Source: Candidatus Micrarchaeota archaeon
GTDB taxonomy: Archaea; Micrarchaeota; Micrarchaeia; Anstonellales; JAHKLY01
Direction of reading: 5' to 3'
NCBI GenBank assembly: GCA_020854825.1
Contig: JAHKLY010000002.1
Coordinates: 96,001-160,000, forward strand
Length of the DNA stretch: 64,000 nucleotides
Part shown: one piece after another, positions 1-9,769 of the stretch
Numbering within the stretch: the stretch's first letter is position 1
Layout of the letters: each line of letters begins with the position of its first letter
Position numbers and translations under genes: made by a program
Notes under the pieces: generated by a model
Databases searched by the model: none
What the model saw: the letters and a program-made list of their open reading frames with translations, nothing else
Told to the model about the DNA's origin: nothing

Positions 1-1
1 A

Positions 2-466
2 ATTGAAACTAAAAATATATTCTTCTCTGAGATCATAGAAAAGGATCAGAACTCAAATTATTTTTTTAAAGCAGATGAAGACAAGATAAAAAGTTCCAAA
101 CAAACTAAAGTAAGTCATACTTATGAGTTAAATCAAAATTATAAAACAGAAAGTCTTTTGACTACTTTTAGAAAACAATTTTTGGAATTCTTTGGTAAAA
201 CAGAAAAAGCTGAGAACGTAGTTCCATTAAAGATTATACTCACAGAGAAGTATAATAAAATGAATAAAAAACAAAAAGACTTATTTATGGGTGCAATTCT
301 TGTAGTTGTAGTAGCATTATTTAGTATTATAAAACATATTCTGAATAGAGTAGGGGGAATACCAGTATCAGATACTGACAGGAGACCCATGTGGATACAA
401 GAAATAGACTCTGGGGTTGGTTCACCAAGACCAGGTGAATGGAATAGTAATGACTATTCTGATTGA
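2..466 (+). CDS. Hypothetical membrane protein, 5'-truncated by the window edge
   Basis: The frame of ORF 158..466 stays open back to base 2 (IETKNIFFSEIIEK...); one hydrophobic segment (FMGAILVVVVALFSII) near the C-terminus. Confidence 0.6.
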   Translation: METKNIFFSEIIEKDQNSNYFFKADEDKIKSSKQTKVSHTYELNQNYKTESLLTTFRKQFLEFFGKTEKAENVVPLKIILTEKYNKMNKKQKDLFMGAILVVVVALFSIIKHILNRVGGIPVSDTDRRPMWIQEIDSGVGSPRPGEWNSNDYSD

Positions 467-716
467 AGGTAATTTCTGTTTATATTTAAGTTTATGTTGT
501 TTCCATATTTGAAAGAATATTTTCAAATTTTTTTGTATTATTAAAGCTGATTCTTTTATACAGTAAAAAAGAGTATGAAGTGGATTATATCATATTAAAG
601 AAATTATCTAACCACTAATTAAGTATTTTGTATATAATATCAGTACTCCAGGTTCTGAGAACTATTAATATAGTAGTTTAAAGTTATCTGAAATTTTTTA
701 CGCTTTTGTAAGATAA

Positions 717-752
717 CTGATTAAATTATAAAGGATCTGATTAAATTATAAA
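717..752. repeat. 16-bp direct repeat, two copies
   Basis: CTGATTAAATTATAAA at 717-732 and 737-752. Confidence 0.6.
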
Positions 753-788
753 TATTTTTTAACAAACTTAAACGTTTTAAAGATAATA

Positions 789-879
789 TTAACGTATTTT
801 ACATAAAAGATGTAATAAAAGTTAAATATATATAGAAAATATTTAACCTATTTTACACAAAAGGTGTAATAATAGTTAA
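789..879. promoter_or_regulatory. Two tandem 37-bp imperfect palindromes, putative operators
   Basis: TTAACGTATTTTACATAAAAGATGTAATAAAAGTTAA (789-825) and TTAACCTATTTTACACAAAAGGTGTAATAATAGTTAA (843-879), directly before a TATA-like TTTAAAAA (881-888). Confidence 0.65.
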
Positions 880-910
880 CTTTAAAAACTATTGCACCTT
901 AAATAATTAT

Positions 911-1762
911 ATGGAATTAAAGTTAACCAAAGCAGAACTAAAAGTATGCTTTAAAATATATGATTTAAACAAAACACTTTCTGCATCAGAATTAGCAGAT
1001 GCTTTGAATATAAAAAAGAGTTTCTTAAGTAGAATATTAAAAAAACTATTAAAAAAAGGATTCATAGATATAATAAAAGAAGGAACAAAAAAACAAATTT
1101 CACAATCAAAAGAACTACACTCAAAGAAATTAAAGGATTTGTATAATTCTACTCATAAAGCCAATATAGAAAAATGGCTTTCAGGTTCTGCATTAGATGT
1201 GTTAATAACTTTACAAAATAATAATCTAAAATTTCTTGAACTGGAAGCGGATTGTTCAAAAAAGCAAATATATAATACATTGAATAAACTTTACTCTGCA
1301 GGAGCAATAAATAAAGATAGAAATTTTTATATTTCCAATCCATTAGTACTGTCTTTTGTAGAAGCTTATGCTTTATTTGTGGCTGAAAAAACAGCAAATA
1401 TAAAAGAGAGAATTAGAAAACATTGTTTTGTTGTATCCAAAACTGAGCTTTCTTTAGCTGAAACAGGGTTAAGTTTTTTATTAGAGCATGGACTTGAAGC
1501 AATTTTGATAAATAATTACTATTATTTTAATTTAGGCAAGAAGAGTAGGAAAATAGATATAAATGATGCTTTTGTTCATGCACTTTTATTCTCAAAATAC
1601 CAAGTACAGGACAGGACATTACTTGCTCATTTTTATTTAAAAAACCGCAGAAAATTAAGTATTATTGAAATACGGAAATATGCAGAGCAGTTAAATCTAG
1701 AAACAGAGTTAAAAAGTACTCTTTTAATTGTTTCCAATTATGAAAAACTAAGAGGAATTTAA
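911..1762 (+). CDS. Winged-HTH (MarR/ArsR-like) protein, putative type IV antitoxin or regulator
   Basis: N-terminal HTH (SASELADALNIKKSFLSRILKKLLKKGFI) and a second HTH-like segment; 1 nt from the downstream nucleotidyltransferase gene. Confidence 0.7.
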   Translation: MELKLTKAELKVCFKIYDLNKTLSASELADALNIKKSFLSRILKKLLKKGFIDIIKEGTKKQISQSKELHSKKLKDLYNSTHKANIEKWLSGSALDVLITLQNNNLKFLELEADCSKKQIYNTLNKLYSAGAINKDRNFYISNPLVLSFVEAYALFVAEKTANIKERIRKHCFVVSKTELSLAETGLSFLLEHGLEAILINNYYYFNLGKKSRKIDINDAFVHALLFSKYQVQDRTLLAHFYLKNRRKLSIIEIRKYAEQLNLETELKSTLLIVSNYEKLRGI

Positions 1763-1763
1763 A

Positions 1764-2510
1764 ATGCAAAAAAGATTTGGAAAAACAGAACTTAATAATT
1801 TTTTCAATGAAATTGGGGAAAATCTGTCTGAAAAAACAACAGTTTACTTATTGGGTGGGGAAGCTATGTGTTTTAGAAATCAAAAAAGTACAACAAAAGA
1901 TTTAGATCTGCTTTTTAAAGATAGTAAATCTTATAATAAATTTATACAAAATTTAGAGAATCTGAATTTTAAAAAACAGAATTTGATTTCAAGAGTATAT
2001 ATAAATATGGAAGCAAATAGTATTTGGGATCATATTTCTGGGTTTAGACTTGATTTGTTTGTTGGTTCTGTTTGTCATAAATTATTTTTATCTGATAGTA
2101 TGATACAACGTTCAAAACTTCTTAAACAATACGGAAATTTAAATGTGTATATTATGTCTAATGAAGACATTATCCTTCTTAAAGCAGTAACTGAACGAAT
2201 AGATGATACTGCAGATATTGCTTCAATCACCCATTCTACAGAAGTAAATTGGGAGATAGTTTTAGAAGAGTGTGAGGTTCAAAGTAAAAATAGGTTTTGG
2301 TACGGTGAATTATTGAATAAATTTTATGAATTAAAAGAATCATTTGGTATAAATCCGCAAATTATCCCAAAAATTGAAGAATTATATCAAAATGCTCTTA
2401 TCAAAGATAAAATCAATGAATTAAAAGATAAAGGGTATTCAAAAAAGCAAATAAAAAAGGAGTTAAAAGATAGGAGATTTACTGATAGTGAAATAGAAGG
2501 TGCCTTTTGA
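1764..2510 (+). CDS. DUF6036/AbiEii-like nucleotidyltransferase
   Basis: LLGGEAM...TTKDLD motif and LLKAVTERIDD..DI motif of Pol-beta-like toxin nucleotidyltransferases. Confidence 0.7.
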   Translation: MQKRFGKTELNNFFNEIGENLSEKTTVYLLGGEAMCFRNQKSTTKDLDLLFKDSKSYNKFIQNLENLNFKKQNLISRVYINMEANSIWDHISGFRLDLFVGSVCHKLFLSDSMIQRSKLLKQYGNLNVYIMSNEDIILLKAVTERIDDTADIASITHSTEVNWEIVLEECEVQSKNRFWYGELLNKFYELKESFGINPQIIPKIEELYQNALIKDKINELKDKGYSKKQIKKELKDRRFTDSEIEGAF

Positions 2511-5351
2511 TCACATTAATTTTATAGCTGGTTTCATTGGCAATGCAGAATGCGCTTTGGAATCATCTGATTCTTTTTCTAAATAAACTTCTATTTCACA
2601 GTTAAAGCGCTCTTTTAAGAAATCTTGCGCTTCTGAAATTATTTCAAATTCAGGAAGGCGCGTTATATTGTTATAAGTATTTATTTTTTTCATATTTCTT
2701 TTTAAAAATCCAGCAATATCTTTTTTATGTTCTTTTAAAGAATCTATTTCATCAGCTTTTTTCATTACTGTTCCAATATCAATTTTATCCATTTTTAATG
2801 CTGTTTTAATTAATTCCCATTTCCAGTCTGAAGCAATAAATATTTTTATCATTGTTGGTTTATCTATCTCAGTTAATTTTTGTATTTCTTGAATATCATC
2901 CATAATTTGTTTTAAATAATCTTCATCGTCTATCTCATTTACCTCTATTTTTTCAACTTCTGGAAGTTTTTGTTCGCATAATAATGAATTTTCTTTTAAT
3001 ATTTCATTCCAAATTTCTTCAGCAAAATGAGGAGTGAATGGAGATATTAATTTAATAATTATTCTAACAGTTTCTTGTAATAATTCTTTGTTCCTTCCTT
3101 TTCTTTTTAAATACCAATCAACATCATTAAAAATATTATAAAAAGCAATATCTGTTGCTTTTTTTAATTCAAATTGATCAATAAACATAGAATATTGGTA
3201 GATATAATATTCTAGTTTATTTTTAAGCCATTTATCAATTCTTTTAGATTTTACTTCTAATGGGGTATTGTTTAAATCTTCAAACCAGAAATAAATTTTT
3301 TCTAATCTTTGTTTGTATTTTTCTATTTCTTGTTCATCAAATGCTACATCAACATAAGGAGATGAAACATTAGCATAAAATAATCTCATTGGATCTGCCC
3401 CATATTTTTCTAAAACTTTAGGTACAGGTAATACACCCCCCTTAGATTTAGATAATTTATTTCCTCCTTTTCCAGTTATCCAATAATTTACATATATTCC
3501 TTTTGGCCATTTATCTTTTGGTAAAATAGCAACGTGATTTTTTATAAATGGAGGGAAATGAACTGTTTTATGCTCTTTTCCCCCTAAATTAATATCTAAA
3601 GGATACCAATAATCGACATTTTTCTTTATTTTTTCTGTTAAGTCATTAGGCATACCTGATTTTGATGCTTCTTGTACTGATCCTTTATTTAAATAAATAT
3701 AATCAAAAAATTCTAAACTTAACCATTCTGGATTTATTTCTTTTTGATATTTAGAAACTAAATAAAATATAGGATATAAGGTAGAATCTGAGATTGCTTC
3801 TATTGTATATTTATCATCAAATGGAAAAGTTGTTCCCATCCATCTTCCTAATCTTGCACAAGGTCTTTCTTTAAACCATTCTAAAGTATTTGCAATATTA
3901 TTGTTGTATTCTTCAGGTTTAATATTCATATTTTTTGAATGTTCTATTGAATCATTATTTAACCAATCTTTTCCATAGTCGATAAACCATTGGTTTTCTA
4001 CTTTTTTAATAACAACTTGACCTCCACATCTACAAATAACTTCTTCTGATAAGTCATAAAAAATATCTGCTTCTCCTGCAGATAGCAGTTCTTCTTTAAT
4101 TTTATCTTTTGCTTCTTCAACTTTCATTCCTTTATATTTCCCACAAGTGTTAATCATAGTTCCTGAATAAAAACCAGATTTATAAACTTCTTTTTTAGCT
4201 TCTTCTAATTTTGGATCTTTTTGATTTTGAATATTTAATTTTTCACATATTTCAACTGCGGGTGATTCTTTAAAACCAGGAGTTTTAATAATAGGAATTA
4301 CTTTTATTTGTTTAAGTTTTTCATAATCTAAATTATATTTATCACATAATTCTTTATTTTTTTGTAAGTCATATAATCCCATCCAATCATGAGGTGCATC
4401 TGATGGGACAGATGTAACAATCCCTGTTCCTATTGTGGGATCACAGAATTCAGAAGGTAAAATAATTATTTCTTTATGTATCATTGGTGCTTCAGCATAT
4501 TTTCCAAGTAACTCTTGTCCATTTATTTCCCCTATCTCTCTTATGTCTTGTTTTTGATATTTAATTTTTTCAGCACATTGTTTTGAACATATCCAAGGTT
4601 CATTTTCAACTTGAATTATTGAATATTCTTGATTAGGATCCACCCAAAGATTTGTTTGTCCAAAAACAGTTTCAGGTCTTAATGTTGCTGCTATTATGAA
4701 CATATCTTTATTGTCATATGTAAATTTGAATTTTAATAATGTGTATTCATTTTTTTCAGCTTTTCCTCCTTTTGAAATATCTGCTTCTGAAGGATCAACT
4801 GCTACTGGTCCGCAGTTTACACAAAAAGTAGCATAGTATGGTTTTTGTATTAATAATCCGTTTTCATATAATTTATGGAATTGCCAAGTTATAAATTTAT
4901 TATAAATTGAATCAATAGTTTTGACAAAACTTCTTGTATCTAAAATTAAACCAAATTTTTTGAAAGTTTCTAAATAATTGTTTGCAAAAAATTCAGCATA
5001 ACCTTCAGGAGTTTTCATTTTTTCTAATTCCTTATCTGATATTCCTGCTTCTTTTAGATATGTAATGTATTCTTGATTTCCTTCTGTTATTTTTTGAGCT
5101 TTAGCTATTGCTCCATTTCCAGTTACATGTAATCCAATGGGAAAACATACATTTTTTCCTTGTAATTTTTTAAATCTTACAATTGCATCTGCATATGTAA
5201 ATCCTCTCATATGCCCAGTATGTAAAAATCCTGTTGGGTATGGATAAGCAAAAATAAGCATAAATTTTTCTTTTTCATTAGGTTCAGTAAATGCTATTTT
5301 AGTTTCTAACCATTTTTTTTGCCATTTTTCTTCTATCTCTTGAAAATTCAT
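2511..5351 (-). CDS. leuS: Leucyl-tRNA synthetase (archaeal type)
   Basis: PYPTGFLHTGH (HIGH-like), ATLRPET, GTGIVTSVPSDAP editing motif, KLSKS (KMSKS-like). Confidence 0.97.
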   Translation of the reverse strand: MNFQEIEEKWQKKWLETKIAFTEPNEKEKFMLIFAYPYPTGFLHTGHMRGFTYADAIVRFKKLQGKNVCFPIGLHVTGNGAIAKAQKITEGNQEYITYLKEAGISDKELEKMKTPEGYAEFFANNYLETFKKFGLILDTRSFVKTIDSIYNKFITWQFHKLYENGLLIQKPYYATFCVNCGPVAVDPSEADISKGGKAEKNEYTLLKFKFTYDNKDMFIIAATLRPETVFGQTNLWVDPNQEYSIIQVENEPWICSKQCAEKIKYQKQDIREIGEINGQELLGKYAEAPMIHKEIIILPSEFCDPTIGTGIVTSVPSDAPHDWMGLYDLQKNKELCDKYNLDYEKLKQIKVIPIIKTPGFKESPAVEICEKLNIQNQKDPKLEEAKKEVYKSGFYSGTMINTCGKYKGMKVEEAKDKIKEELLSAGEADIFYDLSEEVICRCGGQVVIKKVENQWFIDYGKDWLNNDSIEHSKNMNIKPEEYNNNIANTLEWFKERPCARLGRWMGTTFPFDDKYTIEAISDSTLYPIFYLVSKYQKEINPEWLSLEFFDYIYLNKGSVQEASKSGMPNDLTEKIKKNVDYWYPLDINLGGKEHKTVHFPPFIKNHVAILPKDKWPKGIYVNYWITGKGGNKLSKSKGGVLPVPKVLEKYGADPMRLFYANVSSPYVDVAFDEQEIEKYKQRLEKIYFWFEDLNNTPLEVKSKRIDKWLKNKLEYYIYQYSMFIDQFELKKATDIAFYNIFNDVDWYLKRKGRNKELLQETVRIIIKLISPFTPHFAEEIWNEILKENSLLCEQKLPEVEKIEVNEIDDEDYLKQIMDDIQEIQKLTEIDKPTMIKIFIASDWKWELIKTALKMDKIDIGTVMKKADEIDSLKEHKKDIAGFLKRNMKKINTYNNITRLPEFEIISEAQDFLKERFNCEIEVYLEKESDDSKAHSALPMKPAIKLM

Positions 5352-5403
5352 AGAAAAAATTTACACCACAACATTTTAAAAACTCATCTTCTTAATATCG
5401 GCT

Positions 5404-7254
5404 ATGAAAAAAATAATTTTAAGTTCATTTATATTAGTATTATTAGTATTTTTTGTTTATTCAGATTATTGTGGAAGTAGAAGTATTAATTTAACTGATA
5501 ATACCCCAATTATTATTACTTTAAGGGATTGTTCTGACCCAGATGCTTTTTCAGAAATTTATGGTTCATCTAGAATTATTTCAAGTGAAAATTCACATAT
5601 AGGGAATGGGACTTCTTGCCCAACAAATTTACGGTTTTGTGCAGTAGCACGAAGTAATACTTCAGAATACGTAAATATTACTTTAACAAGATTTTTGAAT
5701 GGGAGTGAAACAATAGAAACAATTACAAGAGAAGTTAGAATTGATCCCGAAACAAAAATAAATAGGACATGTTTTAATGAAACTAAAAGTGCATCAGTAG
5801 GACAAGTTTGGATAATGCGCTCTAATTCATCTTTTTATGATTCTGATGAAGGTGAATTAAAAGAATCTGATGTTTCAGAAGTCCATGCAACAATTGTTGA
5901 TTGTTATGATCCTGATTATTGTAATTTACATATATCTACAGAATCAAGAACATGTGTTGATGGTTTTATTAATTTTAAAGGAAAAGTTACAAAAACAAGA
6001 GGAAGTGGTATAAGTGCATATTCTGGTGCAAGAATATTTTTAGGGGATGAAGAAGTAACAGAAACAAATTCTTCTGGTTGGTATGAATTTAGTACTATAG
6101 CAGAAACAAGAACGTATTTGATAACAGCTTCAACTTCAGATTGCGGTTCTGATACAATTAGTTACTCAATTTCAACAGAAGATTTAGAGGAATGTGTTAG
6201 TAGTACTAAAATTTTAAATTATAATATTACAGAAGTTATTTGTCATCCTCCAATTTGTATTGCAGATCTTATTTTTAATGTATATGATAATGAAACAAGG
6301 GAGCCTATCGAAGGTGTTTTTGTACAAATTTCAACAATTGGAGATGACACATATATACCAAATTTTTCAAATTCAGAGGGAAAAGTTTTGTTTTTAGAGG
6401 TTCCGTATATATTTGGAGAAAATAATTCATTTGTAATATCCTCTCCTGAGGAAAGCATTCCATTTTCTAATGGATATACAAATGTAATTGTTGGAACTAT
6501 AAATATATCTTCAGATGAATCATCAGAAGATTCCTGTATGGTTCCTTGTTTTTTATGTAGAGTGATAGGATATGAAGGGTGTGATCCAACTTGTGATTTA
6601 GGAATTGGTTTTGATTGTTGTTGTAATTATTGTGATCCAGATGAGTTAGTATGTGTGGAATGTTTTGGAGAGGGGATGATTTGTACTTCCACAGAATGTT
6701 GTGAAGGTTTAGATTGTATTGGGGGAGAGTGTATTTATTGTACTCCTAATTTACCTTGTGAAGATAATTATGACTGTTGTGGAGGAACTTGTTATGACGG
6801 AACTTGTTATGGTTGTGCAAGTCCAGATTGTTTAGATGAAGAGGAGTTAAATGAAGATGAGGATCCAAATAATATAATTTCCCCAATTGAAGATGATGAA
6901 TCTTGGTTAGATTCAATTTTATGGTTATGGGATGAAGGCCCATTAATTGGAGAGTATGATGAAGATGGATTTTTAAATATAAATTTTTCATTAAGAAGTG
7001 GATGTTCTGGGTTATTTATTATTATTGATAATTGGATATTCTGTGATTTGCTATGGATATTACTTTTAATTTTATCTTTAATTGCAGCATATAAGTATAA
7101 AGAGTATCCTCTTAAAAAGAAAATCTCATTAATTGTTTTTATCATACCTATAGGCATAGGATTTTTAACTTATGTGTGGATAGGTATAATAGCAGCAATA
7201 TTTGAAATAGTATTAGCATTAGTTCATCCAATAGAGGATGAGAAGATTAAGTAA
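5404..7254 (+). CDS. Secreted, membrane-anchored Cys-rich surface protein
   Basis: Signal peptide, beta-sandwich/carboxypeptidase-regulatory-like segments (VYDNETREPIEGVFV), dense Cys cluster, C-terminal TM helices. Confidence 0.7.
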   Translation: MKKIILSSFILVLLVFFVYSDYCGSRSINLTDNTPIIITLRDCSDPDAFSEIYGSSRIISSENSHIGNGTSCPTNLRFCAVARSNTSEYVNITLTRFLNGSETIETITREVRIDPETKINRTCFNETKSASVGQVWIMRSNSSFYDSDEGELKESDVSEVHATIVDCYDPDYCNLHISTESRTCVDGFINFKGKVTKTRGSGISAYSGARIFLGDEEVTETNSSGWYEFSTIAETRTYLITASTSDCGSDTISYSISTEDLEECVSSTKILNYNITEVICHPPICIADLIFNVYDNETREPIEGVFVQISTIGDDTYIPNFSNSEGKVLFLEVPYIFGENNSFVISSPEESIPFSNGYTNVIVGTINISSDESSEDSCMVPCFLCRVIGYEGCDPTCDLGIGFDCCCNYCDPDELVCVECFGEGMICTSTECCEGLDCIGGECIYCTPNLPCEDNYDCCGGTCYDGTCYGCASPDCLDEEELNEDEDPNNIISPIEDDESWLDSILWLWDEGPLIGEYDEDGFLNINFSLRSGCSGLFIIIDNWIFCDLLWILLLILSLIAAYKYKEYPLKKKISLIVFIIPIGIGFLTYVWIGIIAAIFEIVLALVHPIEDEKIK

Positions 7255-7257
7255 AAG

Positions 7258-7986
7258 GTGGTATTAATGAAGTTTATAACAACAGGCGTAAAAGGATTAG
7301 ATAATATTTTAGGGGGGGGATATGCAGATAATTCATTAACATTACTTACAGGAGGACCAGGAACAGGAAAATCTATATTAGGTCTGCAATATCTTTATGA
7401 AGGATTAAAAAGAAAGGAAAATGTTATGTTTATTTCATTTGAGGATGATGGAGATATAATAACACAACAATCAAAAAATTTTGGTTGGGATTTTGAAAAA
7501 TATATTAAAACAGGTCAATTAAAGATATTAACATTTTATCTTCCTTCTACACATGTAGTTCATGTTATAGATACAATTAATAAAGAAGTAAAATCACATA
7601 AACCAAAAAGAATTGTTTTAGATTCAATTTCAGTTTTAAGTTTATTTGCAGAAATAGCTGCAGGAATTGAATTATCTCAGGCATTAAATCTTAAATTAGA
7701 TCAAGTTAAATTATCTGAAGAAGTATTGACCATTGGTGCAGTCATGGGATTATTATCAAAAATAAAATCCTATGATAATACTTCTTTAATTATTGCAGAG
7801 ATTCCTGAAGGAAAACAAGCATTATCAAGAGATTCTTATACTGAATTTATATGTGATGGAGTTATAAAATTAAAAAGAGATGAATTAACAGGTAAAAGAG
7901 AAATGTCAGTTATAAAAATGAGATTGGGAAATCATAAATTAACTCCTACTAAATTTACAATTGAAAAAGATGGAATAAAGATTTAA
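7258..7986 (+). CDS. KaiC-like RecA-superfamily ATPase (single domain)
   Basis: TTGVKGLD, Walker A GGPGTGKS, RIVLDS, DGVIKL, KMR. Confidence 0.9.
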   Translation: MVLMKFITTGVKGLDNILGGGYADNSLTLLTGGPGTGKSILGLQYLYEGLKRKENVMFISFEDDGDIITQQSKNFGWDFEKYIKTGQLKILTFYLPSTHVVHVIDTINKEVKSHKPKRIVLDSISVLSLFAEIAAGIELSQALNLKLDQVKLSEEVLTIGAVMGLLSKIKSYDNTSLIIAEIPEGKQALSRDSYTEFICDGVIKLKRDELTGKREMSVIKMRLGNHKLTPTKFTIEKDGIKI

Positions 7987-8708
7987 ATAGTTTTTAAAAG
8001 TTCTAAAACTTGATTAAGAACTTCATCTTCTTTATTACAAATCAACCAATTATTTTCTTTTATTGTTTTTATTACTTCTGGTTTAGGAGTAAATATCACT
8101 CCATTTCCTAATTCTCGGATAAATGGAAAATCAAGATAACTATCCCCAAAACCTATGGAATTTTCTACATCTGAATTATGTAATTCAATAAATCTTTGTA
8201 CTGTTTTTTGTTTTCTTTTACTAAGTGTAGGTGTACCTTTCCATTTTCCAGTATATATTCCTTTTTTTATAGTATATTTTGTTGCATAGATTAAATCCGC
8301 ACCCAATAATTTTCCAAAGGGGAGTATTACATCTAATGGACTACCACTTTCAAGGATTACTACATAATTATAATTTTTGAGTATTTCAATTAATTCTTTT
8401 GAATATGAAAATAAAAATTCAGGATTTTGTTTAACAAATTCAAAACCTACTTCTAAAATATCTTCTTGTTTTTGATTTTTTATGCCTTTTGCATAAGCAT
8501 CTTGTATTTTAATACCGGTATTATAATATGTGGATTTTCCAGTTCTTAATTCTTCTTCAGCCCTTCTCATATTATTTAATTTTTCCGTATTAAATAGTGA
8601 TTTTTCTAACAATACTAATGGAAATTTTGTAATAAAATATCCCTTTGATAAGGTACCATCCACATCTAATACTGCAATTTTTTTTCCTTCAAAACGTTGT
8701 TCATACAT
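7983..8708 (-). CDS. HAD-IB hydrolase (phosphoserine phosphatase-like)
   Basis: DVDGT motif I, SGS motif II, GDSYLD motif IV. Confidence 0.85.
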   Translation of the reverse strand: MYEQRFEGKKIAVLDVDGTLSKGYFITKFPLVLLEKSLFNTEKLNNMRRAEEELRTGKSTYYNTGIKIQDAYAKGIKNQKQEDILEVGFEFVKQNPEFLFSYSKELIEILKNYNYVVILESGSPLDVILPFGKLLGADLIYATKYTIKKGIYTGKWKGTPTLSKRKQKTVQRFIELHNSDVENSIGFGDSYLDFPFIRELGNGVIFTPKPEVIKTIKENNWLICNKEDEVLNQVLELLKTI

Positions 8709-8835
8709 ATTTTATTATATAATAACACGTCTTTTAAAATCTATTGTTTAGTGTTATCTTTTTTGATTAATATAAACAAAATTAATTTTCTAAAAACCAG
8801 AATTTAATTTATTATATAGGAGTACTAAAATTTAG

Positions 8836-8959
8836 GACCGCGACCGGGAATTGAACCCGGGCCAAAGGATGACTGCAAGCTTCGTTTAATCAGTTTTTGA
8901 TCAAACTTTTTCTAAAAGTTTGCCACAGTCCCGTATGCTACCTCTACACCATCGCGGTC
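8836..8959 (-). tRNA. tRNA-His(GUG) with encoded G-1 and a 52-nt intron at 37/38 (8871..8922)
   Basis: Acceptor stem G-ACCGCGA/TCGCGGT-C, T arm CCGGG-TTCAATT-CCCGG, anticodon GTG at 8926-8924; BHB with central helix CUGU/GCAG and bulges GG|C and UC|A. Confidence 0.93.
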
Positions 8960-8976
8960 ATTTTAATGACAGCGAG

Positions 8977-9061
8977 AATTAGCAAACAGCTAATGCATCG
9001 CGGTCAAGCGAAGCGCGAACGCAGTAATTGGCAACAAGCCAATGCGATCGCGGTCAAGCGA
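8977..9061. repeat. Two approx. 35-bp hairpin-containing repeats carrying a copy of the tRNA-His 5' end
   Basis: AATTAGCAAACAGCTAATGC-ATCGCGGTCAAGCGA (8977-9011) and AATTGGCAACAAGCCAATGCGATCGCGGTCAAGCGA (9026-9061). Confidence 0.8.
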
Positions 9062-9129
9062 GATATGATTGTGATAATTTTAACTATTTGGTTAAAAAAT
9101 ATAAAAAAAGTTAAGGAATTAATCCTTTA

Positions 9130-9657
9130 TTAATGTTTGTAAGCAATTGCTAATGCTCCTAAAACACTTGTAATTATTATTGTTGATAACCCACATCCTT
9201 TTCCATTCTCATTATCAATTGCATTTACAGGAGAATATTTATAGTAGGTGTCTAAATTTTTATTAGAATTGTCTATTTCTTGATTGATTTGTGTAGAAGT
9301 ACTTTTTGTTTCCTCTTTAGGTGTTTCTTCTTTTTTAGGTTCTATTTGTTTATTTTCTTCTGGTTCTTCTGCTGGTTTTGTTGCTTTAATTTCTTTACAA
9401 ATTCCATCTTCATTTTTTGAAGTATCTATTGTATATCCAGAAGGACATTCACATTTTACTGCATGATGTACCCAAGTTCCGGAACTACATCTCATTCCCA
9501 TTAATGAAGGATCTTTTGCATAATCAGCACAATTTCCTGTCCAATATTTATATCCGCTGTCTTCTCCTTCACAACATAAATCTCCTTTACATTCTGCAGC
9601 ATAAGAAAGAGAAATAAATATTCCACATATTAATAAAATTCCTAATAATTTATTCAT
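9130..9657 (-). CDS. Small secreted Cys-rich protein with a C-terminal membrane anchor
   Basis: Signal peptide, 8-Cys domain, E/K/P linker, C-terminal GKGCGLST-TM-YKH; SD-like AGGTGA upstream. Confidence 0.7.
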   Translation of the reverse strand: MNKLLGILLICGIFISLSYAAECKGDLCCEGEDSGYKYWTGNCADYAKDPSLMGMRCSSGTWVHHAVKCECPSGYTIDTSKNEDGICKEIKATKPAEEPEENKQIEPKKEETPKEETKSTSTQINQEIDNSNKNLDTYYKYSPVNAIDNENGKGCGLSTIIITSVLGALAIAYKH

Positions 9658-9769
9658 ATTTTTTCACCTTGGTTGATTTGGTCGTATTTAATTTAATAAG
9701 ATAACATATTTATTTCTTTTGTTTTTTAGAAGAAGGATTAATACAGTGATTTTTAGAAAAGTGGGAGAG

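Noticed and set aside
550-618. Fragment YSKKEYEVDYII resembling a DUF4143 C-terminal motif
   Set aside because: Too short and surrounded by stops to support a pseudogene call
8897-9133. 78-aa ORF on the + strand
   Set aside because: Antisense to tRNA-His and its repeats; TTG start; no protein-like features
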